A stretch of DNA of 47,887 bases from Candidatus Adlerbacteria bacterium (GCA_903824155.1 CAIJVL010000035.1:1-47887); one strand, 5' to 3'; shown: positions 7,962 through 16,192, counted from the stretch's first letter. Notes: a model not told the origin generated them from the letters alone. Made by a program: numbers and translations.

Positions 7962-8336
7962 TTAAAACTTCAATCCGCCTTCGCGTGCAGCCTCTGCAAG
8001 CATCGAGACCCGGCCAGTATAGCGGAAACCGCCGCGGTCGAACACTACCGTAGTAATCCCTGCTGCCTGTGCGCGTTTTGCCAAGTCCAGCCCCAGCGCT
8101 TTTGCGGCGTCCATCTTCTTCACTTCCTTTCCCTTCTTACCTTTTTCAGCAACTACTTTAGTGCTGCCTGCTACCAGCGTCTTGCCGGCAGTGTCGTCGA
8201 TTATCTGCGCGTGCAAGTAGCGGTTAGACTTGTAGACTGCCAAGCGGGGGCGCTCGGAGGTACCCGCAACCTTGGCGCGGATGCGCGCGTGACGGCGCTG
8301 GTGGTTTTCTGCGTTTTTAATAGTTTTAGTAGACAT
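7962..8336 (-). CDS. rplR: 50S ribosomal protein L18
   Basis: It contains RLAVYKSNRYLHAQIIDD...FDRGGFRYTGRV. Confidence 0.93.
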   Translation of the reverse strand: MSTKTIKNAENHQRRHARIRAKVAGTSERPRLAVYKSNRYLHAQIIDDTAGKTLVAGSTKVVAEKGKKGKEVKKMDAAKALGLDLAKRAQAAGITTVVFDRGGFRYTGRVSMLAEAAREGGLKF

Positions 8337-8342
8337 ACAGGT

Positions 8343-8876
8343 TTATGCGGCTTTCTTGCCCTGCTTGCGGCGGATAACCTCGCCCTCGTAACGGATACCC
8401 TTGCCTTTGTACGGCTCTGGCTTCTTAAGAGCGCGGATGTTTGCGGCAAACTGGCCGACCGCTTCTTTGTCAAAACCCTCAATAGTAAGAGTTCCTTTGT
8501 CTGCCTTAACAGCCAAACCCTCGGGAATCGCTACCTTTACGGGGTGTGAGAAGCCAAGCGCGAGGTTAAGCGTTTTACCCTGGACATCCCACTTGTAACC
8601 GACGCCTTCAACAAGCAGCTTTTTAGAAAAGCCTTTGGTGACGCCCTCGAGCATATTCATGATATGCGAAGCGTACGTACCAACGAGTGCCTGAGCCTCT
8701 TTAGACTCGCCCTTTTTGGCAACCTGTACGCCTTCCTTCCCTACCTCGATAGAGATAAGGCGGTGGGCAGGCTTAACCAACGTGCCCTTGGGGCCTTTGA
8801 CGCGCACCTCCATTGCCGAGACGGTAACCTCGGTTGAAGGCGGCATTGCAATTGGGCGTTTAGCTAAGCGTGACAT
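8343..8876 (-). CDS. rplF: 50S ribosomal protein L6
   Basis: It starts MSRLAKRPI and contains VEGVGYKW and PEPYKGKGIRY. Confidence 0.95.
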   Translation of the reverse strand: MSRLAKRPIAMPPSTEVTVSAMEVRVKGPKGTLVKPAHRLISIEVGKEGVQVAKKGESKEAQALVGTYASHIMNMLEGVTKGFSKKLLVEGVGYKWDVQGKTLNLALGFSHPVKVAIPEGLAVKADKGTLTIEGFDKEAVGQFAANIRALKKPEPYKGKGIRYEGEVIRRKQGKKAA

Positions 8877-8891
8877 ATATTTTTGAATGAT

Positions 8892-9278
8892 TTACCAGAT
8901 TTCGAACAGGGCTTCTCCGCCGACACGCTTAACCATGGCCTCTTTGCCGGTCAAGATTCCTGCCGGAGTCGAGAGGACCAAAAGACCATGGCCCCGCTTG
9001 ACCGGCTTAACGTCGCGGACACCAAGGTACATGCGGCGACTAGGCTTAGAGATGCGCTTAAAGCCTCCAAAGGCCGGACGGTTGTTTTTGTACACAAGAC
9101 CGATGGTAAAGTTGATGTCTTTAGACTTCTTATCTACTTCGCCAATGTAGCCCTCGCGGGCGAGGATGTCGGCAATAGCGAGCTTGATCTGCGAGCGCGG
9201 CAAGGTAACGCGGGCTTTGCCCACCATAGAGGCGTTTTGGAGGCGCACAAGCATGTCTGAAATAGGGTCGTTTACCAT
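8892..9278 (-). CDS. rpsH: 30S ribosomal protein S8
   Basis: ORF track 8892..9365, trimmed to ATG 9278 (MVNDPISDMLVRLQNA), the canonical S8 N-terminus. Confidence 0.95.
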   Translation of the reverse strand: MVNDPISDMLVRLQNASMVGKARVTLPRSQIKLAIADILAREGYIGEVDKKSKDINFTIGLVYKNNRPAFGGFKRISKPSRRMYLGVRDVKPVKRGHGLLVLSTPAGILTGKEAMVKRVGGEALFEIW

Positions 9279-9282
9279 AAAA

Positions 9283-9468
9283 TTACCAAGATGATTTGCG
9301 AATACCCGGGATAAGGCCCTCGTTAGCAGCCTCGCGGAAGCAGGCGCGGCACATACCAAAGTCACGCATAAAGGCGCGCTTGCGGCCGCAGCGGAAGCAG
9401 CGGTTAACTACGCGGGACTTAAATTTGGGCGGGCGGTTTGACCGCGCTACGGTTGATTTTTTTGCCAT
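9283..9468 (-). CDS. rpsN: 30S ribosomal protein S14, zinc-binding type Z (61 aa)
   Basis: The 61-aa protein has CxxC...CxxC (CFRCGRK...CRAC). Confidence 0.95.
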   Translation of the reverse strand: MAKKSTVARSNRPPKFKSRVVNRCFRCGRKRAFMRDFGMCRACFREAANEGLIPGIRKSSW

Positions 9469-9536
9469 TGTAATGGTTTACCCCTGTTTTTCCTTTGGGG
9501 TTACGATTCTGACGGTTCCCCATAGGGGCCTATCAG

Positions 9537-9557
9537 AAAAAAGGAGCCTTGTGAGGC
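9537..9557 (-). promoter_or_regulatory. Small hairpin plus U tract next to the predicted start in the rpsN operon leader
   Basis: The minus strand reads GCCU-CACA-AGGC-UCC-UUUUUU, starting 2 nt after the predicted +1. Confidence 0.3.
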
Positions 9558-9565
9558 GTAGAGGG

Positions 9566-9594
9566 ATACTACCACAGCCATTTGGAGAGCGCAA
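9566..9594 (-). promoter_or_regulatory. Sigma70-like promoter of the rpsN-...-secY sub-operon
   Basis: The minus strand reads TTGCGC-17 nt-TAGTAT, about 90 nt upstream of the rpsN ATG. Confidence 0.5.
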
Positions 9595-9654
9595 ACTTCC
9601 CGACTTCATGTAGATAAAGGGGTTGACTGGCCTAGGGTTTTTGTCCTCTCCTTA

Positions 9655-9683
9655 TTGACATGCAACCATTTTCAGGTTAAACT
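9655..9683 (+). promoter_or_regulatory. Sigma70-like promoter of the island-1 plus-strand gene
   Basis: TTGACA-17 nt-TAAACT, divergent from the rpsN promoter. Confidence 0.5.
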
Positions 9684-9728
9684 CGTATAGGAATAAGGAT
9701 AGCCCTGAAACAAAGACGGAGTAGACCA

Positions 9729-9983
9729 TTGTCCCCTGAGGAAAACCAGAATACCCCTCCTCTCCCCCCAGGCTTTGCCTACGGAGAGGATCTCAGCCTG
9801 AAAGAGTTAGCCATTGAAGCCATCGTGAGTGGCCTCAGAGCTACTCTCACAGAAACTCTGAAGGAAAACGAAACAATTCCGCCAGATGCTGAGCTCAGAC
9901 GCATGGCTGAAACGCAGTATGCCAAGTCGATCAAGAATGGTCTCGACGACCATCTTGGTACCGGCGTACTCCCCAAAAACTAG
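9729..9983 (+). CDS. Hypothetical protein (84 aa)
   Basis: The TTG start is 7 nt after GGAG. It has its own promoter and ends 17 nt before terminator/repeat copy A. Confidence 0.4.
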   Translation: MSPEENQNTPPLPPGFAYGEDLSLKELAIEAIVSGLRATLTETLKENETIPPDAELRRMAETQYAKSIKNGLDDHLGTGVLPKN

Positions 9984-10000
9984 TCCTTTCGTTCAAAATC

Positions 10001-10049
10001 AAAAACCCGCGCCATTCACTTGGTCGCGGGTTTTTTCTTTTCTATTTTT
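10001..10049. repeat. Direct repeat copy A (also a bidirectional terminator hairpin)
   Basis: AAAAACCCGCGCCATTCACTTGGTCGCGGGTTTTTTCTTTTCTATTTTT is near-identical to 11243-11291. Confidence 0.85.
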
Positions 10050-10095
10050 GAAATTCGTATACACTGGCAGCAGACAAATCCTTGGAGTAGTACAA

Positions 10096-10386
10096 ATGAA
10101 ATGTGATTACATGTTGCCAAGAGCCGAACATCCGCTTGTGGCATGGGAAGAGCCTTTACCCTCTTGTTTGCTCGAAGAGGGACATGAGGACTATCATCTC
10201 ATCCTTACGAGCAGCGGGTGGTACCTATTTTATCCCTACACAGAGTCGTGTGGGGATGACTGCGAGTGTGCCCAAGACACCGACTGTACCAACTACGAAT
10301 GCTTTACTTGGTGCAAAATATCCAACGCCGAAGCGCAGCAGTTGCTCAATCCGCTGAAAGCCAAAAAACCAAAACGGAGCCCCTAA
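10096..10386 (+). CDS. Hypothetical Cys-rich protein (96 aa, 8 Cys)
   Basis: ATG 10096 lies in the frame of ORF 9886..10386, 8 nt after GGAG. The C-terminal half contains SCGDDCECAQDTDCTNYECFTWC. A terminator overlaps the stop. Confidence 0.45.
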   Translation: MKCDYMLPRAEHPLVAWEEPLPSCLLEEGHEDYHLILTSSGWYLFYPYTESCGDDCECAQDTDCTNYECFTWCKISNAEAQQLLNPLKAKKPKRSP

Positions 10387-10400
10387 AGGCTCCGTTTTTT
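10373..10400 (+). terminator. Rho-independent terminator
   Basis: AACGGAGCC-CCTAAA-GGCTCCGTT followed by TTTT. Confidence 0.7.
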
Positions 10401-10461
10401 CTATATTAAATTTCGATTCAGCAGAATCGCCTACTGGGTTATTTTTTGAAGGGCGGGTTGC

Positions 10462-10494
10462 AAAAAAGAAAACCGGCTGCTTGTAAGCGGCCGG
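10462..10494 (-). terminator. Rho-independent terminator after the two-gene membrane operon
   Basis: A 10-bp stem CCGGCCGCTT/AAGCAGCCGG is followed by UUUUCUUUUUU on the minus strand. Confidence 0.6.
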
Positions 10495-10511
10495 CTATTT
10501 GTTTAGTTGGG

Positions 10512-10655
10512 CTAAAGCCAACCCAAATTGTGAGCAATAAGGACTACCGCACAAACTGAGCCTATAATCGGCCCAATCCAAGCGCTCTTATCCTTTCGGA
10601 TTTCCGGAAAGCTCTCAGCTTCCGGATAGAGAAGATAGGATATTATTTCTCGCAT
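10512..10655 (-). CDS. Putative 47-aa peptide with a C-terminal TM segment
   Basis: It is not in the ORF track. ATG is 7 nt after GGGAG and 18 nt after the upstream gene's stop. The sequence is MREIISYLLYPEAESFPEIRKDKSAWIGPIIGSVCAVVLIAHNLGWL. Confidence 0.3.
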   Translation of the reverse strand: MREIISYLLYPEAESFPEIRKDKSAWIGPIIGSVCAVVLIAHNLGWL

Positions 10656-10673
10656 TATATTTCTCCCGCAGAG

Positions 10674-11168
10674 TTAGAGGAACAACAGCCGCATCGCTCT
10701 CAAAGTCAGAAAGAGCGAATAGATTAGGCCAAAGTAGAACCCTATCGTTATTATACCGGAAATCCTGAAGATCATCGGTAGGCGAACTCTGTTTTTAAGC
10801 GCAGTAAATGCTCCTCGCTCAATATCAAGTATTGCTTCAAGCTCTGCACCGCGGAGAATAAGTGCAGTTGTTTGGTTTCTGATACCCAGATCCGTGCTGT
10901 ATATACCTAGCACGAGCAGCATACCTAAGCCAGCCGCCAAAAATCCAGCGACCGGATCCTCTGGAGCAGGATGTGGAGTAAACAGCCTGTTTTGAATTAT
11001 AGGCAACGCTGTGCGATACACATTAAACAATCCTGCTGCGATTGGCAGAGCTGCTCCCAAAACTGCAAAGCGCAGGCCTTGGAAGAAATGTAGGTCCGGA
11101 AATAGCAGACCATATTCTGTTCGGAACGTAGCCAACTGTTCTTTATGCTCTTCCCATCGGTCCGACAT
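10674..11168 (-). CDS. Hypothetical integral membrane protein (164 aa)
   Basis: ORF track 10674..11261. The first 31 codons run through the rplE terminator repeat, so the call was trimmed to ATG 11168, preceded by AGAGGAGG at 6 nt. It has several hydrophobic helices. Confidence 0.55.
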   Translation of the reverse strand: MSDRWEEHKEQLATFRTEYGLLFPDLHFFQGLRFAVLGAALPIAAGLFNVYRTALPIIQNRLFTPHPAPEDPVAGFLAAGLGMLLVLGIYSTDLGIRNQTTALILRGAELEAILDIERGAFTALKNRVRLPMIFRISGIITIGFYFGLIYSLFLTLRAMRLLFL

Positions 11169-11242
11169 TTCAACCTCCTCTGATTCGTCTAAACGTAGAA
11201 TACCACAAATATTTAGAAATGCCAATAGTCTTTCCTCATAAG

Positions 11243-11291
11243 AAAAACCCGCGCCATTCACTTGGTCGCGAGTTTTTCTTTTCTATATTTT
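11243..11291. repeat. Direct repeat copy B, which is also the terminator hairpin immediately after rplE
   Basis: AAAAACCCGCGCCATTCACTTGGTCGCGAGTTTTTCTTTTCTATATTTT. The first 28 nt are identical to copy A, followed by one mismatch and one T indel. Confidence 0.85.
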
Positions 11292-11296
11292 AAAAA

Positions 11297-11836
11297 TTAC
11301 TTTTTGAAGGGAAAGCCCAAGTGGGAGAGGTAGGCTTTTGCTTCAGTCTTATTCTTTGCGGTAGTGACTACGGTTGCCGCCATGCCAAAGACGTCTTTAA
11401 TTTCTTCATCGGCAGTCTCGGGAAATACGATGTGCTCTTTAATGCCAAGGGAGTAGTTGCCCATCTCATCGATACCTGTAGTGCCAATGCCTTTAAAGTC
11501 TTTAGTGCGAGGAAGCGCGATGTGCACGAGGCGGTTAAGAAAGTCCTCGGCGCGCTTGCCGCGCAAGGTTACCTGGTAGCCTATCTTGTCGCCAATGCGG
11601 GTCTTGTAGGTAGCGATAGATTTCTTGGCGCCGCGGCTTGCCGGCTTTTGGCCGGTAATTTTAGCCAAGCGGTTGGCAACCAAATCTACCTTGCCTTTGT
11701 CCTTGGTCATCTTGCCGACGCCGACCGAAATAACTACCTTCTCCACCTTGGGGACCTGCATGCGGTTAGTCCACTTAAAGTCACCTTTAAGCGTATCAAA
11801 CGCACTCTTCTGTTGTTCTTGTATAAGTTTAGGCAT
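11297..11836 (-). CDS. rplE: 50S ribosomal protein L5
   Basis: The 179-aa protein is typical L5 (VPKVEKVVISVGVG..., FPE..., GMAATVVTTA). Confidence 0.96.
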   Translation of the reverse strand: MPKLIQEQQKSAFDTLKGDFKWTNRMQVPKVEKVVISVGVGKMTKDKGKVDLVANRLAKITGQKPASRGAKKSIATYKTRIGDKIGYQVTLRGKRAEDFLNRLVHIALPRTKDFKGIGTTGIDEMGNYSLGIKEHIVFPETADEEIKDVFGMAATVVTTAKNKTEAKAYLSHLGFPFKK

Positions 11837-11846
11837 GGTAGTTCAG

Positions 11847-12128
11847 TTACTTTGCTGCTTTCTTGGCAGTCTTTTCTTTCTTGGCAGACTTCTCCTTCTT
11901 GGAATCCTTAAGGTTTACATTGCTTGCGTGTATCGGAAAGTGCTTGTCGATTATCTGTCCTGCGTGGCCTTCGCGGCGGGCCTTTTGGTGCTTCTTCTTC
12001 ATACCAACGCCCTCAACGAGGACCATTGCAAGCTTGGGAAACACCTCAAGCACTTTGCCTGACTTCCCCTTTTCATTACCGGCAAGTACCACTACGGTGT
12101 CACCTTTTTTTACATGTAAAGTGTTCAT
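11847..12128 (-). CDS. rplX: 50S ribosomal protein L24 (Lys-rich C-terminal tail)
   Basis: ORF track 11847..12329, trimmed to ATG 12128 ([26 protein letters not shown]), the L24 KOW motif. Confidence 0.92.
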   Translation of the reverse strand: MNTLHVKKGDTVVVLAGNEKGKSGKVLEVFPKLAMVLVEGVGMKKKHQKARREGHAGQIIDKHFPIHASNVNLKDSKKEKSAKKEKTAKKAAK

Positions 12129-12132
12129 AGTG

Positions 12133-12513
12133 TTATACGACTTCAGGCGCGCGAGAAATAATCGTCTGGTAGCCAAGCTCTTGGAGCTCGCGCGGTATCG
12201 GGCCAAAGATGCGTCCTGCCTTCGGCTCTTTTTTGTCCTTGCCGGAGGTCTCCAAAATAACCACGGCGTTTTCGTCAAAGCGGATGTACGAGCCGTCCTT
12301 GCGGCGGAAAGGCTTCTTTTGGCGAACAACGACGGCCTTCAAAATATCTTTCTTCTTAACGGCCTTGCGCGGCTCGGCGGTTTGTACCGAAAGCACCACC
12401 ACCTCGCCGATTTCTGCATAGCGCTTGTGCGATGATCCGGGAATCTTGAAGATGCGGCCGATTTTGGCGCCGGTGTTGTCTGCTATTACGACTAGTGAGC
12501 GATCTTGAATCAT
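12133..12513 (-). CDS. rplN: 50S ribosomal protein L14
   Basis: It starts [17 protein letters not shown] and contains IRFDENAVV. Confidence 0.97.
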   Translation of the reverse strand: MIQDRSLVVIADNTGAKIGRIFKIPGSSHKRYAEIGEVVVLSVQTAEPRKAVKKKDILKAVVVRQKKPFRRKDGSYIRFDENAVVILETSGKDKKEPKAGRIFGPIPRELQELGYQTIISRAPEVV

Positions 12514-12520
12514 ATATTTA

Positions 12521-12766
12521 TTATGCGAAAACGATTTCGAACGACTTAAGCTTTGACAGCGGGCGGCATGAGCGGATTACCACAACCTCGCCCTCCTTGG
12601 CCTTGTTGCCCGGATTGTGTGCGTGGTAGCGCTTGGTGATCTTCATGTACTTCTTGTACTTGGGGTGCTTTACGTAGCGCGAAACTGCCACGACCGCCGT
12701 ATCGGTCATTTTGTCGGACATTACCGTGCCGCGAAGTATTTTCTTGTGTGCAATTTTAGTTTCCAT
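12521..12766 (-). CDS. rpsQ: 30S ribosomal protein S17
   Basis: It contains GTVMSDKMTDTAVVAVSRYVKHPKYKKY. Confidence 0.93.
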   Translation of the reverse strand: METKIAHKKILRGTVMSDKMTDTAVVAVSRYVKHPKYKKYMKITKRYHAHNPGNKAKEGEVVVIRSCRPLSKLKSFEIVFA

Positions 12767-12770
12767 ATAT

Positions 12771-12971
12771 TTATTTCGCTACCGCTTTACGCGCATTAGT
12801 TTCGGTCAAAGCGCGGGCGATCTCCTTGCGGATAGTGCGCGCCTCTTTAACGTTGTGGTTTTTACTCCCCGAAGCATTAAAGCGCAATGTGCGCAATGCT
12901 TCGCGCTTCTCGCTGACAAACTTAGCGAGATCCTTGGAGTCATGATTAGTGAAATTAGTTTTCTTAGCCAT
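12771..12971 (-). CDS. rpmC: 50S ribosomal protein L29
   Basis: The 66-aa helical protein sits in the conserved slot between rplP and rpsQ and contains LRFNASGSKNHN. Confidence 0.88.
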   Translation of the reverse strand: MAKKTNFTNHDSKDLAKFVSEKREALRTLRFNASGSKNHNVKEARTIRKEIARALTETNARKAVAK

Positions 12972-12979
12972 ATATTTGT

Positions 12980-13402
12980 TTATGCGTGGCGCGAGACAAC
13001 CTTTGCCTTAAGCGGAAGCTTCTTAGCGGCGTTGTTAAGTGCAGCTACAGCAGTCTTGTCATCGACACCGTCTACCTCAAACAAGATGCGTCCCGGCCAG
13101 ATCTCCACCTCGTATCCTACCGGGTCGCCCTTACCCTTGCCGAGCTTTACCTCCGGCGGCTTTTGGGTAAAAGGCTTGTCAGGAAATACGCGCAGCCACA
13201 TCTTGCCGGTCTTGCCCATTGAGCGGACGATAACCTTGCGAGCGCTCTCAAGCTGGTTAGAGCGTACGCGTGCCGGCGTCGTTGCCTTAAGGCCATGCGA
13301 GCCAAAGGCAATGGTAATGCCGCGGGTTGCGATTTTTACCTTTTTAGGGTTGTGGCGCATCGTGTGCCACTTGCGGAATTTTACTTTCTTAGGGGTCAAC
13401 AT
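12980..13402 (-). CDS. rplP: 50S ribosomal protein L16
   Basis: It starts MLTPKKVKFRKWH and contains GKGKGDPVGYEVEIWPGRILFE. Confidence 0.97.
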   Translation of the reverse strand: MLTPKKVKFRKWHTMRHNPKKVKIATRGITIAFGSHGLKATTPARVRSNQLESARKVIVRSMGKTGKMWLRVFPDKPFTQKPPEVKLGKGKGDPVGYEVEIWPGRILFEVDGVDDKTAVAALNNAAKKLPLKAKVVSRHA

Positions 13403-13407
13403 AAAAA

Positions 13408-14085
13408 TTATTTGGCGTCTTTCTTGGTTTGCTTATCGGCAAAGACTTCGCCTTTGTAGATCCACACCTTGATGCCGATTACGCCAAGCGGCAAGTTTGC
13501 GCGCTCGCGGTAAAAGTCGATATCCGAGCGGAAGGTCTGCAGCGGTACGCGGCCTTTCTTAAGAGTCTCAACGCGCGACATAGAGCCGCCGCCGAGCATG
13601 CCGCCCAAAGTGATGCGTACGCCTTTTACATCGCGGTTAGCCATTACCTTTTCGATAGTTTGTTTGAGTACGCGGCGAAATGGCATGCGCTTCTCGAGTC
13701 CTTCGGCAACCATGTACGCCACAATTGCAGCTGAAGATTCCGGTGAGCGAATCTCCTCGATATCAAGCTTTACTTCCGGTACCGATGCGCCCTTAGAAGC
13801 AAGGAAAGTAGTGATCTTGTTTTTGAGTTTGATAGAACCCTCGCCCGAGCGGCCGATGATAACGCCGGGGCGCGAGGTCTTGATGATGACGCGCAAATTG
13901 CCATTGCCGCGCTCAAGTTCGATACCGCCAATGTACATGCCGCGCAGCTCGCGGTACAAGAACTCGCGCAAAAGGATGTCCGCACGCAGGTACTCTTGGT
14001 ACTGCTTGCCCTGCGCATACCAACGATGCCTCCAGTCGCGGAGGATGCCAAGGCGGTGTGCAAATGGATGTACAACTTTAGACAT
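13408..14085 (-). CDS. rpsC: 30S ribosomal protein S3
   Basis: It contains KVVHPFAHRLGILRDW and a KH-domain core. Confidence 0.97.
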   Translation of the reverse strand: MSKVVHPFAHRLGILRDWRHRWYAQGKQYQEYLRADILLREFLYRELRGMYIGGIELERGNGNLRVIIKTSRPGVIIGRSGEGSIKLKNKITTFLASKGASVPEVKLDIEEIRSPESSAAIVAYMVAEGLEKRMPFRRVLKQTIEKVMANRDVKGVRITLGGMLGGGSMSRVETLKKGRVPLQTFRSDIDFYRERANLPLGVIGIKVWIYKGEVFADKQTKKDAK

Positions 14086-14093
14086 AAATATAA

Positions 14094-14486
14094 TTAGATG
14101 GTGGCGACTTCTTCGGTTTTAACTGCTTCTACTTTCTTTCCCTTTGTTTTCTTTACCGTTTCAGGGCGCTTGGTAAGACCCATCGTAATGGTGCTCGACT
14201 TCTTGCGGATAGGCGCCGAGCGGCCGCGTGCGCGAGGCATCATGCGCTTAAAGACTACGCCGCTGTTAACCTGGATAGTTGAAATGATGACTTCGCGCGA
14301 GGAAAGTCCCGAGTTTGAAACAGCCGACTCTATCAGCTTGATCATCGGCTCAGAGCCGCGCTTAGGGAGCGTGGCCAACAGGTTGATAGCGTGCTCGGCC
14401 GTCTTGCCGCGCACCAAATCTGCAAGCAGGCGCACCTTGCGGGGCGACTGGCGGTAGTTTTTAAGTTTTGCAGATGCATCAGCCAT
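14094..14486 (-). CDS. rplV: 50S ribosomal protein L22
   Basis: It contains YRQSPRKVRLLADLVRGK and PRARGRSAPIRKKSSTITM. Confidence 0.94.
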   Translation of the reverse strand: MADASAKLKNYRQSPRKVRLLADLVRGKTAEHAINLLATLPKRGSEPMIKLIESAVSNSGLSSREVIISTIQVNSGVVFKRMMPRARGRSAPIRKKSSTITMGLTKRPETVKKTKGKKVEAVKTEEVATI

Positions 14487-14495
14487 ATAATTGTT

Positions 14496-14852
14496 TTATT
14501 TCTTTGCGGCAGTTTTAGCGGCATCAGCAGCGCCCTTGGCAGCCTGTGCAGCTGCAATTTCACCTTCTTTAGCCTTTTGCTCCATTTCCTTCTGCATTTT
14601 GCCGCCGTGGCGCTGGAACTTCTTGGTCGGAGAAAACTCGCCCAAGCGGTGCCCTACCATGTCCTCGCTTACCAAAACCTCGAGATGGGTCTTGCCATTG
14701 TAGACGCCAAACTTAAAGCCCACCATTTCCGGGGCAATCTGGCTGCGGCGCGCCCACGTTTTAATAAGCTCAGCGGTCTGAGGTTTCTTGCCCTCAATCT
14801 TCTTGAGGAGCTTCTCGTCCACGTACGGACCTTTTTTAAGTGATCGTGACAT
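14496..14852 (-). CDS. rpsS: 30S ribosomal protein S19 (Ala/Lys-rich C-terminal extension)
   Basis: ORF track 14496..15002, trimmed to ATG 14852 ([18 protein letters not shown]), the canonical S19 start. Confidence 0.95.
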   Translation of the reverse strand: MSRSLKKGPYVDEKLLKKIEGKKPQTAELIKTWARRSQIAPEMVGFKFGVYNGKTHLEVLVSEDMVGHRLGEFSPTKKFQRHGGKMQKEMEQKAKEGEIAAAQAAKGAADAAKTAAKK

Positions 14853-14922
14853 TATGTTAAAACCCCTGTATTTGCTTGGGCGCCCTAGCTGTTTTCCCTC
14901 CCAAAGGAGCGAAAGGCCAACT

Positions 14923-14940
14923 AAAAACCCGCCAAGCGGG
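14923..14940 (-). promoter_or_regulatory. GC hairpin plus U tract next to the predicted start in the rpsS operon leader
   Basis: The minus strand reads CCCGC-UUG-GCGGG-UUUUU, starting about 3 nt after the predicted +1. It closely resembles the hairpin before rpsL. Confidence 0.4.
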
Positions 14941-14949
14941 ATTGAAGGC

Positions 14950-14978
14950 ATAGTACAGGATAGGGCGGATTTACGCAA
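14950..14978 (-). promoter_or_regulatory. Sigma70-like promoter of the rpsS-...-rplE sub-operon
   Basis: The minus strand reads TTGCGT-17 nt-TACTAT. The spacer resembles that of the rplC promoter. Confidence 0.5.
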
Positions 14979-15016
14979 GTTTTTCCACCCAAAGCACCTC
15001 AAAACATCTTAAAGCC

Positions 15017-15045
15017 TTGCAAAAATCACCAAATGTGGCATAGTT
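15017..15045 (+). promoter_or_regulatory. Sigma70-like promoter of paralog P1
   Basis: TTGCAA-17 nt-ATAGTT, divergent from the rpsS promoter. Confidence 0.4.
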
Positions 15046-15086
15046 CTGCCAGAAGACCCCGAAACGACCTACCAAAAGGAGTGGTC

Positions 15087-15362
15087 ATGCGCATCTACAA
15101 GTTCCAATACCGGCACGGGCAATCGGCTCCGTACAAAAATCTGGAAGCAACCGATCATGATGACTTCTATGCCCAGCTTGCAAGCTGGGAAAAAGATACC
15201 GGCTTTAAGCACGTGGTCGGCAGCATCAACTGCACTATAAGCGAGATAATGCACGTCCCCGAGCCGCCCAACAAAGGTGGACTCCCCTCTTCGCTTATAC
15301 GACCACATACGGTCGATCAAATAATGGCAGCGACAGGTCGGGATCGTCCCACCAACAGTTAG
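15087..15362 (+). CDS. Small orphan protein, paralog P1 of a four-member family (91 aa)
   Basis: ATG is 6 nt after AAAGGAG, in the frame of ORF 15033..15362. Family motifs YKFQYRHG and LEATDHDDFYAQLASWEK are present. It has its own terminator. Confidence 0.55.
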   Translation: MRIYKFQYRHGQSAPYKNLEATDHDDFYAQLASWEKDTGFKHVVGSINCTISEIMHVPEPPNKGGLPSSLIRPHTVDQIMAATGRDRPTNS

Positions 15363-15379
15363 GTTCTGTTCAAGAATCA

Positions 15380-15415
15380 AAAAACGCCCCGGTTTCCCGG
15401 GGCGTTTTATTTTTA
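15380..15415 (+). terminator. Terminator T1 (AACGCCCCGG-TTTC-CCGGGGCGTT plus T run)
   Basis: A perfect 10-bp GC stem plus a T run, belonging to the same hairpin family as T2-T4. Confidence 0.8.
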
Positions 15416-15495
15416 TGTGTACTTAACCGACAAACTTGCTCTTAACGGGTATTTTTGCATAATAGCTTCAGGACTGTCCATAAAAAGGAACGGTA

Positions 15496-15816
15496 ATGAG
15501 TTCATCCATCAAAGACATAGCGTACACGCTTATCTATCTTGAGCCGCGGCTCGTGAGCAGTAATCCGGTCTCGTTTGAACAGGAGATAGGAGAGCATCAC
15601 TTTACTGCCAAAGACGATGGGGACGCCCTCCGGCAAGCAGCGCGATTCTTGAAGCAGCACATCGTAAGTTGCAACCATGTCGCCCAAGGCCGCGAAGGTA
15701 AAAAGCTCGTAAGGGATTTCCCCCTCCAGATCATAAAGGACCACTTCCCCAAAGTGCCCGCTGGTCGACTGAGGGTTGGGTTATCCCAAATCCCTCCCTT
15801 AGATGGCTGCGGGTAG
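15496..15816 (+). CDS. Small orphan protein, paralog P2 (106 aa)
   Basis: ATG follows AAAGGAA. Motifs YTLIYLEP and FTAKDDGDALRQAARFLKQH are present. A promoter-like TTGCTC-16-CATAAT lies upstream, and it has its own terminator. Confidence 0.55.
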   Translation: MSSSIKDIAYTLIYLEPRLVSSNPVSFEQEIGEHHFTAKDDGDALRQAARFLKQHIVSCNHVAQGREGKKLVRDFPLQIIKDHFPKVPAGRLRVGLSQIPPLDGCG

Positions 15817-15826
15817 ACCAAACAGA

Positions 15827-15853
15827 AACGCCCCGCAAGTCGGGGCGTTTTTC
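15827..15853 (+). terminator. Terminator T2 (AACGCCCCG-CAAGT-CGGGGCGTT plus T run)
   Basis: GC stem plus a T run, nearly identical to T3. Confidence 0.8.
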
Positions 15854-15915
15854 TTGTCATTTTTGCTCAAAAGTGCAATAGTGCGAATAGTCGTTCACCA
15901 CAACGGGGTTTAGCA

Positions 15916-16149
15916 ATGCCAGAGTATAGATTTAGCTACCAGCGCGGCAGAGTCCGGGCGACGTATGGTATTACCGCTGCCAACGACAGCCATGCATTTA
16001 AAAAGATGCAGCTGTTCGTCAAACAACACATGGTCAAGTACATTAACAAGAGCATGCAACTCTTCGGCGAAGACAACCGTTGGCACTTTCTTTCCGGAGC
16101 CAAAGCGGCTACGGCGCGCCTTCCTCCAACCCTTCAAGCCGCTGAGTAA
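15916..16149 (+). CDS. Small orphan protein, paralog P3 (77 aa)
   Basis: Motifs YRFSYQRG, ITAANDSHAFKKMQLFVKQH and KYINKSMQLF are present. It has its own promoter-like site (TTGCTC-17-AATAGT) and terminator. Confidence 0.55.
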   Translation: MPEYRFSYQRGRVRATYGITAANDSHAFKKMQLFVKQHMVKYINKSMQLFGEDNRWHFLSGAKAATARLPPTLQAAE

Positions 16150-16166
16150 ATATCCCCGGCAACAAA

Positions 16167-16192
16167 AACGCCCCGCGAGTCGGGGCGTTTTC
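16167..16192 (+). terminator. Terminator T3 (AACGCCCCG-CGAGT-CGGGGCGTT plus T run)
   Basis: GC stem plus a T run. Confidence 0.8.

Noticed and set aside
9469-11296. Calling the islands mobile genetic elements (IS, integron cassette or prophage remnant).
   Set aside because: There is no transposase, integrase, recombinase or terminal inverted repeat anywhere in the window. Only direct repeats are seen, so mobility is reported as an inference, not annotated as a feature.
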